Shown piece by piece: positions 26,503 to 39,837 of a stretch of 64,000 nucleotides of DNA. The notes beneath the pieces were generated by a model, which saw only the letters and a list, made by a program, of their open reading frames with translations, made no database searches and was not told where the DNA came from. The position numbers were made by a program, and so were the translations under genes. The stretch's first letter is position 1, and every line of letters begins with the position of its first letter. The DNA is taken from contig OZ024743.1 of the NCBI GenBank assembly GCA_964016885.1, positions 267,158,001 through 267,222,000 of the forward strand. The letters run 5' to 3'. Source of the DNA: Eledone cirrhosa (taxonomy: Eukaryota).

Positions 26503-28063
26503 TATATATTGGACGGATAGGTGTCCTCATCTTGTTTTGTTGTTAACACAACATTTCGGCTGATGTACTCTCCAGCCATCATCAAGTGTCCTAGTGATGT
26601 TATTATTAACGTTTGTTCAGGTGACTGCCTAGAATTGTACTCGGAATCTTGAGGTTAGTAGCCCGCTTTTTAACCACTTTTTTTTCTCTCGTGAATTTTT
26701 AGGGCTTATAAACTGATATTTTTCTATCCTTCCTCAATACCGGTTCCCATATACTACTCATATCTGCATTAGGTCTGCTTAGGAGGTTAATGTGTCCTAG
26801 CATATGTGCTGCCTCTTTTAGTTTTCGTGTTTTCCAGTGGTGTTCTCTGTCTATTATTTTAACTTCATCCCACAGGGGAAGGTGGTTTACTTTTTTCCAT
26901 ACATGATCAGCTATACCCGATTTATCGATCTCTCCTCGTGTCACAGCTTTACGATGTTCTTCTACCCTTATTTTGAGGGGGTGACCTGTTTCACCTTTGT
27001 ATAACCTACCACAACTGCATTGGATGGAGTACACACAGTCTTTGATCATATTCTCTTCTATTGGTGGTACTACATGGAGGAGATATTTGCGAAGTTTTGT
27101 ATTATCTTGAATACTGTCCTGATGTCATATGGACCGCATATCTTTTCTATCTTTTTCGAGAGACACTTACATACGGTAGACAGACTGTGGTCAATTTGTG
27201 GATTTCACCCTCTCTCGCCTTCCTAATTGGAGTGGATAGTCTGTTTTGGGGATAGTTGTTGCTTAACAAATTTTTACTCAGCTTGATCATTTCTTCATGG
27301 CGTGTATCAGGATCGCTACTTATATTCTTTGCTCGATGTTTTAGGCACTGAACCATCCCTCTCTTTACACTGTATGGATGGTGGGAATTGTAGTTAAGGT
27401 ATCGTCAAGTGAAGGTTGGCTTGCGGTATACGGATGTATTGAACCCATACTCAGTGCGTGTTATTAATACATCCAGGAAGGCTAGCTGATTGTCTTTTTC
27501 TTTTTCCATTTTGAACTTTATGGATGGGTTTATTGAATTCACATGATCTAGCAGTACTTGGAGCTCTTCCTGGTGGGGCCAGAGTATGAAGGTTTCATTA
27601 ACAGATCTAAGCCATTGGGTTGGCTTTAGTGGTGTTGATCCTAAAGCTAAATTCTCAAAGTATTCCATGTATATATTGGCTATTATTGGTGATAATGGCG
27701 AAGCTATAGCTAAACCCTCCTTCTGTCGACATATATCAGTGTCCATTCTGAAGTAGGTAGTTTCTACACAGAAGGTCAACATTTACATCAAGTTTCCCAT
27801 TGGTATACTAGTGCGTTCTTTTAGATAGGCGTCTGACCTAGTTTTTCTTGAATCACTGATACTGCTTCATCAGTTGGGACTTTGATGAACAGACTTACCA
27901 CATCTAGACTCACCATCTGGTTGGATCCAATGGAGGTATCCTTGATCAATTCTGTTAAGTGCGTGGGATTCTTCACATACGATGCTGACTTACCTGCTAA
28001 TGGACTGATTATATTCTCAAGGAAGCGGCTCAGTGGATGACATGCCGAAGCTCTGTCGCTCAT
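26503..28063 (-). pseudogene. 5'-truncated Penelope/Poseidon-type PLE (RT + GIY-YIG + 3'UTR)
   Basis: SLDVVSLF, EGLAIASPLSP, WLRSVNETF (decayed RYVDD), FLDV, VYRKPT, CVYSIQCSCGRLYKGETG...EEH...KEA. Frameshifted. Confidence 0.9.
26546..26589 (-). ncRNA. Minimal hammerhead of the Poseidon-type PLE, decayed
   Basis: ACAC-TTGATGA-T-GGCTGG...TCAGCC-GAAA-TG-TT-GTGT. Confidence 0.65.
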
Positions 28064-28077
28064 GGAATACCATCCTT

Positions 28078-29255
28078 AATAAACACATGAAATTATCACA
28101 GGGGATAATTTGTAACATTTTTGAAAGGTATCTATATTTGAAGTTCTAGTTAAACTTTAATTAGTTACCTACCTAGCTGTGTGTGCTTACACACTTTATA
28201 AATTATCCCATGTGATTGTTTTATGTGTTTATTTTAGATATATGTGCATGCCAATCACTTTCTAGTTGATATAAAATGCTCGGATCTATTCATTGGAATC
28301 TTTGATCTTATTCTACGGTGGATATGGCGCATGTCTCGGACATGACTCCCTTAATTACATTTTGGATATATACACGGTCCCTTGACTGTAGAGCTAACTC
28401 AGTTGAAAGGACTAGGCTGCTATTCCTATCTGTCGATAGTCCTATTAACACCACCGGGATAACGATGACACGATGTGTGTAGTTTTAGAAATGCAACACG
28501 TGCGACGTGTCATTCGCAGATTTGCATTTGATGTGTAAACACAGATAGTTAAATCTTCTCCCTTGGTGAAGATTCGTGAATTTGACTACTGTGAGTTTAC
28601 GGATTAATGGTGAAATATATTTCTTTAATGAAATATATACAAGGAAGATTAATCATTTTTAAAAGGTATCTATATTTGAAGTTTAGTTAAAGTTTAATTA
28701 GTTACCTACCTAACTGTGTGCGCTTACATACTTTACAAATAATCCCCTGTGATTGTTTCATGTGTTTATTTTAGATATATATATATATGCCAATCAATTT
28801 CTAGTTGATATAAAATGCTCGGATCTATTCATTGGTATCTTTGAGCTTATTCTACGGTGGATATGGCGCATGTCTCGGATATGACTCCCTTGAATAAATT
28901 TTGGATATATACACGGTCCCGTGATTGTAGAGCTAACTCAGTTGAAAAGACTCGGCTGATATTTCTAGCTGTCTATAATCCTATTCACGCCACTGGGGTG
29001 ACGCTGGCACCATGTCTGTAGTTTTAGAAATGCAACACGTGCGATGGGTCATTCGCAGATTTGCATTTGTTGTGTAAACACAGGTAGTTAAATCTTCTCC
29101 CTTGCTGTAGATCCGAGATTTAACTACTGGCATATATATATGCTAATTAATTTCTAGTTGATATAAAATGCTCGAATCTTTTCATTGGAATCTTTGAGCT
29201 TATTCTACGGTGGATATGGCGCATGTCTCCGATATGACTCCCTTAATTTAATTTT

Positions 29256-29262
<7 letters not shown>
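28078..29262 (+). repeat. ~540-bp tandem units (two, plus a partial third) with a short inverted leader
   Basis: 28117 onward repeats at 28655, with a partial at 29140-29260. 28078-28115 is inverted relative to 28733-28771. Ends in (TA)n. Confidence 0.75.
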
Positions 29263-29354
<92 letters not shown>

Positions 29355-29493
29355 ACATATTAAAGGAAAACGTGTGGTTTACGTTAAACGTTTCGCAGAC
29401 CAAGATACCTAATTTGCTACAGATAAGTAAAAGTATTCGCTGAAGAAACATAAGGAGTTTGTATAAAACGGTAACGTAATAATCATGATATTA

Positions 29494-30925
29494 TCTATAT
29501 ATATAAAACTGTGGTTGTCTGTCTGTCTATCGATTTTTGGCACACATCTCCTCTTAGAATCTCTCACGGAATTGCACCGAAAGTGCTACACTTGTACATT
29601 GAGCCCTAGCGAAGACATCGGAAAAAAAAAATTTCAAATTGACCCACCCTATGTGACGAAATCGAATATAATGTATTGATTTTTGAGCGTAAGTGATCAG
29701 TTATTTCCCTTTGTTCTGTTTACATTGAGCGTCTTACGTAAAAAATTACAATACACGAACAGTTGTCGAGCCAGCCAAATATTGAACTGCAAAATTCATC
29801 AGTTCGATCACTAAGCTTCCGTTTTGCTTCATTTCCATTTAAAAGCATTTTAAAACAATATTTTTACTTGAAAACAAGTCTATTTAAAGACTACGTAAAA
29901 CAAGCAAATATTTCGTCGTTAGGCGTGCAGACAGACAGTCGTGCAGACAGACAGTCGTGCAGAGAGGTGATATAGGCGTGCAGACAGACAGTCGTGCAGA
30001 GAGGGGATATAGGCGTGCAGACAGACATAACTGATAATTTGGTTACGCTAATGTTTTTCTCTGCGTTGCAGTGTTTACATTTTCGATCTTTGTTAATAAA
30101 TAACCAGTGCAGTTTCTATCCCCAGCATCCTCTTTTGTTATAACATTCGGGTTATCGTTATGTTTTCTTAACTTCATAAGGCATATTGTTGGTTGAGGGA
30201 ATATTAATCAAAAACACCACATGCAAGTCTGCACAGTAGACACTACAGTTTTTAAGCCAAGAAAGAAACTTAACATTGTAACTTTAACACAGCTACTGAG
30301 TGCACAATACACAAACAGTTGTCGAGCCAGCAAAATATTGACCTGCAAAATTCATCAGTTCGAACACTAAGCTTCCGTTTTGCTTCATTTCCATTTAAAA
30401 GCATTTTAAAACAATATTTTTACTTGAAAACAAGTCTATTTAAAGACTACGTAAAACAAGCAAATATTTCGTCGTTAGGCGTGCAGACAGACAGTCGTGC
30501 AGACAGACAGTCGTGCAGAGAGGTGATATATGCGTGCAGACAGACAGTCGTGCAGAGAGGTGATATAGGCGTGCAGACAGACAGTCGTGCAGAGAGGTGA
30601 TATAGGCGTGCAGACAGACATAACTGATAATTTGGTTACGCTAATGTTTTTCTCTGCGTTGCAGTGTTTAAATTTTCGATCTTTGTTAATAAATAACCAG
30701 TGCAGTTTTTATCCCCAGCATCCTCTTTTGTTATAACATTCGGGTTATCGTTATGTTTTCTTAACTTCATAAGGCATATTGTTGGTTGAGGGAATATTAA
30801 TCAAAAACACCACATGCAAGTCTGCACAGTAGACACTACAGTTTTTAAGCCAAGAAAGAAACTTAACATTGTAACTTTAACACAGCTACTGAGCGACCCC
30901 GAGCAACGCCAGGCTTTACTGCTAG
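29494..30925 (+). mobile_element. Non-autonomous Helitron, copy 1, with internal duplication
   Basis: 5' TCTATATATATAAAA after A. 3' CCCGAGCAACGCCAGG hairpin then CTAG. Internal unit 29749-30302 is repeated at 30303-30893. Confidence 0.85.
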
Positions 30926-31878
30926 TCTATATATATAAAACTGTGGTTGTCTGTCTGTCTATCGATTTTTGGCACACACCTCCTCTTAGAATCTCTCACG
31001 GAATTGCACCGAAATTGCTATACTTGTACATTGAGCCCTAACGAAGACATCGGAAAAAAAAATACTTCAAATTGACTCACCCTATCTGACGAAATCGAAT
31101 ATAATGTATCGATTTTTGAGCGTAAGTTATCAGTTATTTCCCTTTGTTCTGTTTACATTGAGCGTCTTACGTAAAAAATTACGCTGGCTTTCTCAGCGTT
31201 TAAAATGACATTAACACAATACACGAACAGACAGTTGTCGAGCCAGCAAAATATTGACCTGCAAAATTCATCAGTTCGAACACTAAGCTTCCGTTTTGCT
31301 TCATTTCCATTTAAAAGCATTTTAAAACAATATTTTTACTTGAAAACAAGTCTATTTAAAGACTACGTAAAACAAGCAAATATTTCGTCGTTAGGCGGGC
31401 AGACAGACAGTCGTGCAGACAGACAGTCGTGCAGAGAGGTGATATAGGCGTGCAGACAGACAGTCGTGCAGAGAGGTGATATAGGCGTGCAGACAGACAG
31501 TCGTGCAGAGTGGTGATATAGGCGTGCAGACAGACAGTCGTGCAGAGAGGTGATATAGGCGTGCAGACAGACATAACTGATAATTTGGTTACGCTAATGT
31601 TTTTCTCTGCGTTGCAGTGTTTACATTTTCGATCTTTGTTAATAAATAACCAGTGCAGTTTCTATCCCCAGCATCCTCTTTTGTTATAACATTCGGGTTA
31701 TCGTTATGTTTTCTTAACTTCATAAGGCATATTGTTGGTTGAGGGAATATTAATCAAAAACACCACATGCAAGTCTGCACAGTAGACACTACAGTTTTTA
31801 AGCCAAGAAAGAAACTTAACATTGTAACTTTAACACAGCTACTGAGAGACCCCGAGCAACGCCGGGCTTTACTGCTAG
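30926..31878 (+). mobile_element. Non-autonomous Helitron, copy 2, head-to-tail with copy 1
   Basis: CTAG|TC junction at 30925/30926. 3' CCCGAGCAACGCCGGG hairpin, then CTAG followed by T. Confidence 0.9.
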
Positions 31879-34107
31879 TATGAAATAAAATTAAAACGAA
31901 GCGTTAGTGTCATTCTTAAAATCTGAAGTATGATTATACAACAGGATAAGATTATGAAAATATGTGTAAGCGAAGGCAAACAAAAGACATATAGTAGTTT
32001 GGGGGCATGATAAGATTTATTCTTTTTACATATTTTGCTATACAATATATCTTAATTCTCAAGTTTATTCATGACATATTTCTTTAATATTTCTTTAAAA
32101 ATAGCTTAATTTCATCCATACACCTTCAATGTAAATAATTCTTATGGAGAAGCCTTAGGATCGAAAAATAACATAATTCTCTCGCAAACATAAAGGTATA
32201 TTAAACCATAAAATGATAGAGTAACGCAAAATGAGTGAAGGAAGTGAAAATAAAGAATGCAAACTGAGTCCAACATACATTGCCGTTGTGGAAATAACGC
32301 AGATTAGTGTTGTCCAATATATGTTCATTATATCTAAAACGGTTTGGACGGTCATTACTATTTGCAATATCTGGAGATAATATATCTACAGGTCCCTATG
32401 ATAGGGCCGACTCGGATCTAAAGAAGAATGCCTTGAGAATTCATATGATTGTTTTCTCCTTAGTTTTGACACCATCATCCTTTAAACGTGAAGCACAGAC
32501 ATCAAGAATACTTTATATTGATTATATCCTCAAGCTAATATAAAATATCAAACAGAATATTGAAATAATCATATTTTTTCTCTGCAATACAACGAATATT
32601 TCTTCATCGTTTTCTCTTATCTTTATTTTTCTGCTTCGTTTAGATTTTGATTCTTTCTTTGTTCAAAATTTTATACATTTATCTATTTAAATAATATTTT
32701 ATTTTTGATATATTTTGTGTGATTTTCTATCAATTATCTTGACAAATGATTGTTTCAAAAACGAGAGAAAGAAATATATTTTAAAAAATAGTAAAGTAGT
32801 GAAGAAAAACCATATATCAAACGAGCTATTACATGCTTAGTATATTTTTCATGCAATTTTTGGCAATTAAAATAGCTATAAAAGTAAGAGAAATAATAAA
32901 TCACACAAAAACACAGATACTCACGCGCACATATACTGTAACAAACATAGACAAAAACATATGTGCGTAAGTATTTGTATACATGTGTGTGGGTTTGTGT
33001 ATTACATTGTGTGCAGTATTGGAAAAGTGACACAGATAGATAGAAAGTAACTCTAAAAAAGAGATTGTAATGTTTTTATGCCAATGTTTAGAAGTTATAT
33101 AAACAAAGAAATAAAGAGTTTGAGAGAAAATAATGATGGAATTATATATGTAAACATATGTTAACGATTGAGTACGCACGCATAAATACATCTCTTTCCA
33201 TCTGCGTGTGTATATATATATATTCCTTTCAAACTTCACTATACCAGATACATTCAACTATCAATTTGACAATCCCTTTCCTCCTAATAGATTTTTTATG
33301 GCAATTCTATTATTAACACCATTCAACCATTCCTTTCAAAGGGTCATGACCTCAACTAAAGTGAATTACTTTTCATCTTAACATCATATGGAAAAAAACA
33401 ATTTGATTGGTTAGTTCTTCAACTACCTCCAAATAAGGACAAGATACTAATATACTACTAATTCTGAATAAAATTATTATTGCTTTTGAAAACAGCTAGT
33501 GATATGCATGTAAGTAAATATTCTCTTTATCTGATATTTTGTAACTAACCTTACATACATCAATAACGAAGTATAGCTACAATGTATTATCATCATCTAG
33601 AAACGATCGTAAAGCAGTGAAGTATATCTCTAATGACTTGATTTTTTATTTCATTGTTTTAACTTATATATATATATAATTTCAAATTTGGCGGTCATTC
33701 TAGCACGGAGGGGTACCATCGCTGAACATTAATATCGGTAAGGTTTTTTTTTATATCGATATTTGTCTGGCATCCACTGATGGGTTATAAGTGCCCACCT
33801 ACATAGATTTCTACGGGCTACGTGTAGGCTTCTACATAACCTGGGCATTATTTTCCCAATTTGTAGAAAACTTATAATGAAACGATCGTTTGGAAAGAGA
33901 GATGTATTTTAATTATGTCTCATATAAAATAATACAACTGGCTATCCGCAAAATAAGTATAGTTAGCACCCCGAACGTATAATTGGGATTATACTGAGGT
34001 ATATCCTAATGTTTGTTGAGTGAGACGGAAGCCGGTCGGAGTATTACTTAAAGCTTTCTATGTTAATGTATTAAATATATATATATATATATATATATGC
34101 AATGTAA

Positions 34108-34854
34108 ACCACGCAGCGAGAGTGTAAACAAACAAAGAAGGTGAAGCAACGAAAAGTGAGGAAGAACTAGTCAAGTCCCAAATTTCCATGAATATAAGTT
34201 CGGTGAAATCGTGAACGAGAGAGAATAAAGACCATCAAACCTGGTTGGAATGTGAGCAAGGAAGGAATTCCGTACAGGTCTAACGGGAGGAAGAAGGAAT
34301 CTAGTCTGTGAATTCGGTGAACATAAGTTCTGTGATCGTAGACGAGAGAGAGAAAAAAGGCGAACCAGCCTGACCAAGCGTGCGAAAGAAAAGAATTACG
34401 CACAGGTCAAATGGGAAGAATGATGAGGAGGAGAGGTAGTAACAGAGAGTGAGTGAGTGAAGGGTGAGGAAGAGGCTAACAGAGAGAGTGACTGTTAGAG
34501 AGGGTAAAGATACAGAGAAAGAGGAAGCAGTAAGAACAAAATAGACGGGTCACAGCGGGGAAAAAAATATGTGTAAATATGAGAATAAACGTGCTGCGTG
34601 GTTGCAGTTGGGTTACATATGAATAAAGTGGTCCTTCGTCATTGATCTTCCAATGGAAATTTGGGACTTGACTCGTTCTTCCTCACTTTTCCTTGCATCA
34701 CCATCTTTGTTTGTTTACACTCTCGCTGTCCCCTTTATTTACGTGTCCCAACGACTTTTTTTTAGCCGTTGTCCGCACCAACCGGAGGTATATGGTCTTT
34801 AAAGCGAAGTAATACCTGTAATGGTTGGAAGATCACTGACGAAGGACCACTTTA

Positions 34855-34862
<8 letters not shown>
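34108..34862. repeat. Nested inverted-repeat element between (TA)n tracts
   Basis: 34112-34190 is inverted at 34653-34728. 34617-34653 is inverted at 34825-34861, which contains CTGACGA. Confidence 0.65.
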
Positions 34863-34906
<44 letters not shown>

Positions 34907-35347
34907 TACATAGGTATAGATATAGAAATGTGTGTGTGTGTTATATAGGAAAAAGAAGTTCAGAATGCAATTGGAGTGTTTAAAAAGATTTATTTACAAT
35001 ACTTTTACCGGTTTCAGAATTTAATTATTTTCAAAATTTAAGTAAGATGGAGAGATTGGTGGCTATACGGTGATATGTCGTGCATCTGTAAGGGTGGGAA
35101 CATATTTTCGTTTTAAACAAATTGGCTCAGATGGTTATCTGTTTAAAGTGCAGTTTGATGGGTGGAGGATGATCACGTGATTAGGTATAGAATTGTGTAC
35201 TCTTTGCGCCAGAAATTGGGATTTCTATGGTTCAGTGAATGTAGCTAGTGACAAACGCAAAATTCATGTCTATTTTGGTGTGGTAAATAGTAAAGTCGAG
35301 AAAGGCTTCGTGACAATCTCTAAAAAATCTGATGTATTGGAATGTTA

Positions 35348-35378
<31 letters not shown>

Positions 35379-36044
35379 TGTGTGTGGTGTGTGTTTGTGC
35401 GTGTGTATGGGTGTATGTGTGTGTGTGTGTGTGTGTGTGTAGACAAGTAGCAATGTTTCCTTTTCTGTGTTCAGTTAATAATACTAATAATAATTATAAT
35501 AGTTCCATTATTAAAATAAACTAGAATGTTACGTTTGTATCTGGCTGGATTATGTGCTAAAAGTAGAAACAATTATTTCGCAAATATTTCTCGTTATAGT
35601 TTATTCAGACGTAGTTTGTATTTATGAATAAATTTATTTTATTTATTTATTAATGTTTGGTCTGCGGTAATATCTAGACAAATATAAAGAAGAAACTCCT
35701 GCGATTTGGGGAATTTATTCGTTGCACATAAGAAAAATACCCACTAAATAATATATGTGTAGTGACAGTGTCTCGTAATTATTGGTGATGAAATTTCATT
35801 TTGTTTCCTAGATGACTTTGGTTTGCCTTATGCAATCTTCGTTACAATCTTTACATATAATAGAATAAATTAAATATTATGATGAACAGGTAATGTTAGT
35901 TATTACAAAAATATTGTTTCGATTTGAATATATACAATGTGTCTTCCATGAAGTTAATGCAATTAGGGAGACCATTTGATCGTTGGTAATTTGCGATATA
36001 TATATATAAATTTAAAAACAGAAGAAGAAATTATCACTCTATAT

Positions 36045-36395
36045 GGCTGAATACAATAAATGTAATCTCAGTTTTTCGAACACTAATAATAATATTCGAT
36101 TCGTCTGTAATTATGCAAACAGCCTCTTTTTTAAGCCATGTCAGTCGAATGAGCCCGTCATTCTTGACCTTGTGTTGGCATGTAAACAGAACAGTGCATT
36201 TCACTGTTCGCCTGCCCACTGTCAGAGCTAGTGAATATATATGATATTTTCTAACATATACAGTGACTAATTGAACTGATTTGAATATTAACAGTCAGAT
36301 CTGTACATTCGCAGATCAACTGGTCAGCCAGATTTGCATATCAGCAGACAGGCCAGTCAGTTTCCTGTATACGACTGATTAATGGCCGGATTTGC
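36045..36395 (-). repeat. Dispersed repeat, inverted homolog of 62480-63057
   Basis: Shared blocks such as TGGCTGAATACAATA, GCCATGTCAGT, GGCATGTAAACAGAAC and GATTTGCATATCAGCAGAC. Confidence 0.7.
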
Positions 36396-36425
36396 CATAT
36401 TCCAATATATATGGCTGTGTGTGCT

Positions 36426-36488
<63 letters not shown>

Positions 36489-36529
36489 GTTTGTATATGT
36501 ACATATATATATATATATATAAACGTTTG

Positions 36530-36561
<32 letters not shown>

Positions 36562-36567
36562 AACGTT

Positions 36568-36614
<47 letters not shown>

Positions 36615-37433
36615 GTTAAAACAGAAAACAAAAACAAAGCGAAGAGTGCAGTACAAAGTGTTAGTATTAGGTTCACGCTTAAGAGTGGGAATTTTTCAAG
36701 TTCTCTTGACAACTAGAGCGACCTTCATCTTTCAGGGATTTGGTAATTGGGATCTGAAGTATTGTTGCGCCGTATATGATGCAATGCGGTATCTCTTTCT
36801 GGTTAATACTCCGGACCGGGCAATTGATATGCATGTGCCAATGTCTCCATGCATCTGCACAACATAAGGAACGCTTCTACAAGTATGGATCTGCTTGTAT
36901 GTGTAGGCTTGTATGTATATAAATTTGGCCATACACACATGCCTGCTAGATTAGACTAAAATATATGTACAGCAGCACATAAACCTAACAGGTTATTCTC
37001 TCTCACAGGCTTGGCTAATCAGTCCCTTACGCAGCACATACTCGCACGTAGACAACAATGTACAAATATTAACACTTCAACCACACTCATACTCACGCAT
37101 GCTTCACTCTATTTATAATCTAACAGTTTTGAACAAACTTACACACATATTACTGTTACCACCCCCATATTTAATTGCCCCTCTTTAACACTTTAATACA
37201 CGAGTCTCATTCTGAAAATCAGTCTGGCTGCCTAACTATACAGAAGCTTCCACAGGTTTCTTCCTGTTTATTCTCATAAATTCTTCTGTATGTTCTTTAT
37301 TCTCCCATTTTATATTCCGAAATTTTAAGACAATTTTCCTACAATATCATGCATTACACTAATATGTATCACCATTGTCTTGCATTGTACTATCAGACTT
37401 CCTCGCTTGTTGAGTTTTCTCATTTATTAGTTA

Positions 37434-38197
37434 CGAGCAGTGGTACCAGGCGTTGCACGGGATAAGGTATTTTGGAACGCGGGCCGCCAACTGACCTAAT
37501 AGTGGAAAAAACTTCATGCCAGGACGATATGTAAAGAAAATAAACCGAATATTCTGATGGCTGGATAATCTTTGAGATTTTCCTCGAAGAAGCAGTAAAA
37601 ATGCAGGTTTTCACCTAATGCGGGCCCTAGGGGATCAAGAAAATGAATTTTTATTATCTGCATAATATGCCTTGAAATTTCGGGAAAATCGGCTAGACGT
37701 AACGCCTCAAAAAACACTAGAAACCTAAAAAAAACCAGTTATTCACCTAATGCGGGCCCTGGGGGATGAAAAAGTTGAATGTTGTATGTGCAAAACACTC
37801 CCTGAAACATAACTAATACACATGTCAAGTTTGTAAAAAGTCCGTTAGGTACCTCTCGAGTTATAAGGATTCAAACTCACAGACACACACAACACACACA
37901 CACACACATACATCCTCAGAGAAGTGACATAATGCACACAGCCAGACATACAGACAGATATTATAAGGGTGCGATGTTATATGTATGTATCTGTCTAAAA
38001 AGTGAAAGACTATGAGAGAGATCGCTAAATCGCCTAATGCGGTGCCTAGGGCATTGAAAATTTGAATTTTTTTTGCTCAGAACACTCCCTGAAACATAAG
38101 TATTACAAGTGTAAAGTTGGAAAACGGTCGGTTGGGTGCTTCTTTAGTTTTAGGGATCAAACACACAGACAGACGTCCTCAGTTTTATATATATAGA
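37434..38197 (-). mobile_element. Non-autonomous Helitron (older)
   Basis: Minus strand starts TCTATATATATAAAACTG and ends with a CCCGTGCAACGCCTGG hairpin and CTCG (decayed CTAG). Three internal CCTAATGCGG subrepeats. Confidence 0.75.
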
Positions 38198-38282
38198 TAT
38201 TGGTCAGTTATATATCTAATAAATCATAAACACCACAAGCACAAATACAAGCATGTACACACATACGCATATATAATACACA

Positions 38283-38312
<30 letters not shown>

Positions 38313-38319
<7 letters not shown>

Positions 38320-38657
38320 TAAAATAACAGATTAAAGTTTAAGCAAAGAATCGCTGCTTTCACCCTTAACGGGATCTTCTGAAACTAACAAAGTCAATCT
38401 GTAAACGCAGAGTGTGGATATTTCAAAAAACGTTGCACCGCTCCTATTAATGATTATTATATTCGTTTTTTCCCGTTCTTAGCCAGCGAACGTTTCCACG
38501 AACCAAAGTACCGTCTTCCTGTCTTCCTCCGGTTGCAACGTTTTTTGAAATATCCACTTCTGCGTTTACAGATTGACTTTGTTAGTTTCAGAAGATCCCG
38601 TTAAGGGTGAAAGCAGCGTTTCTTTGCTTAAACTTTAATCTGTTATTTTAATAAATA
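38313..38657. mobile_element. Fold-back element (~127-bp arms) with a hammerhead-like motif in each arm
   Basis: 38313-38439 is inverted at 38531-38657. AGTTT-CAGAAGA-TCCC gttaa GGGT-GAAA-GCA...TGC-TT-AAACT at 38584-38634. Confidence 0.7.
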
Positions 38658-38885
38658 TTTGCTCTACGGTTCTTATATATTTGATATATATTTATCCTTA
38701 TCGAGCCCTCTTTGGATTTTAGTCTTCAAATTTATTATTATTACTATTAATATATATATATATATTTCCTGCTATATCAACCGTTAACCTAATATATACC
38801 TTCCATATACTGTACTGATTGTGTTGCTATTTCTGTTTACCTATTACACACACACACACGCACACACACACATATATATATATAT

Positions 38886-38950
38886 ATATTTCACTGAAAA
38901 AATCTCTTCAACATTTTCTGCTGAAAATTTGTTTTTCCTTTCTACTATTT

Positions 38951-39002
<52 letters not shown>

Positions 39003-39067
39003 AAATAGTAGAAAGAAAAAAACAATTTTGAGCAGAAAATGTTGAAGAGATTTTTTCAGTGAAATAT
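38886..39067. repeat. ~70-bp inverted repeat centred on a (TA)n tract
   Basis: 38886-38955 versus 38996-39067. Confidence 0.8.
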
Positions 39068-39082
39068 CAAGTATAATAACAA

Positions 39083-39833
<751 letters not shown>

Positions 39834-39837
39834 GGCT

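Noticed and set aside
29922-31572. 37-bp repeats superficially CRISPR-like
   Set aside because: Contiguous tandem units with no unique spacers, inside Helitrons, in eukaryotic DNA with no cas genes.
32279-32370. Possible 92-bp minus-strand host exon (ccag|...IANSNDRPNRFRYNEHILDNTNLRYFHNGN|gtatgt)
   Set aside because: Plausible splice sites, but no recognisable domain and no linked exons. It would need RNA-seq.
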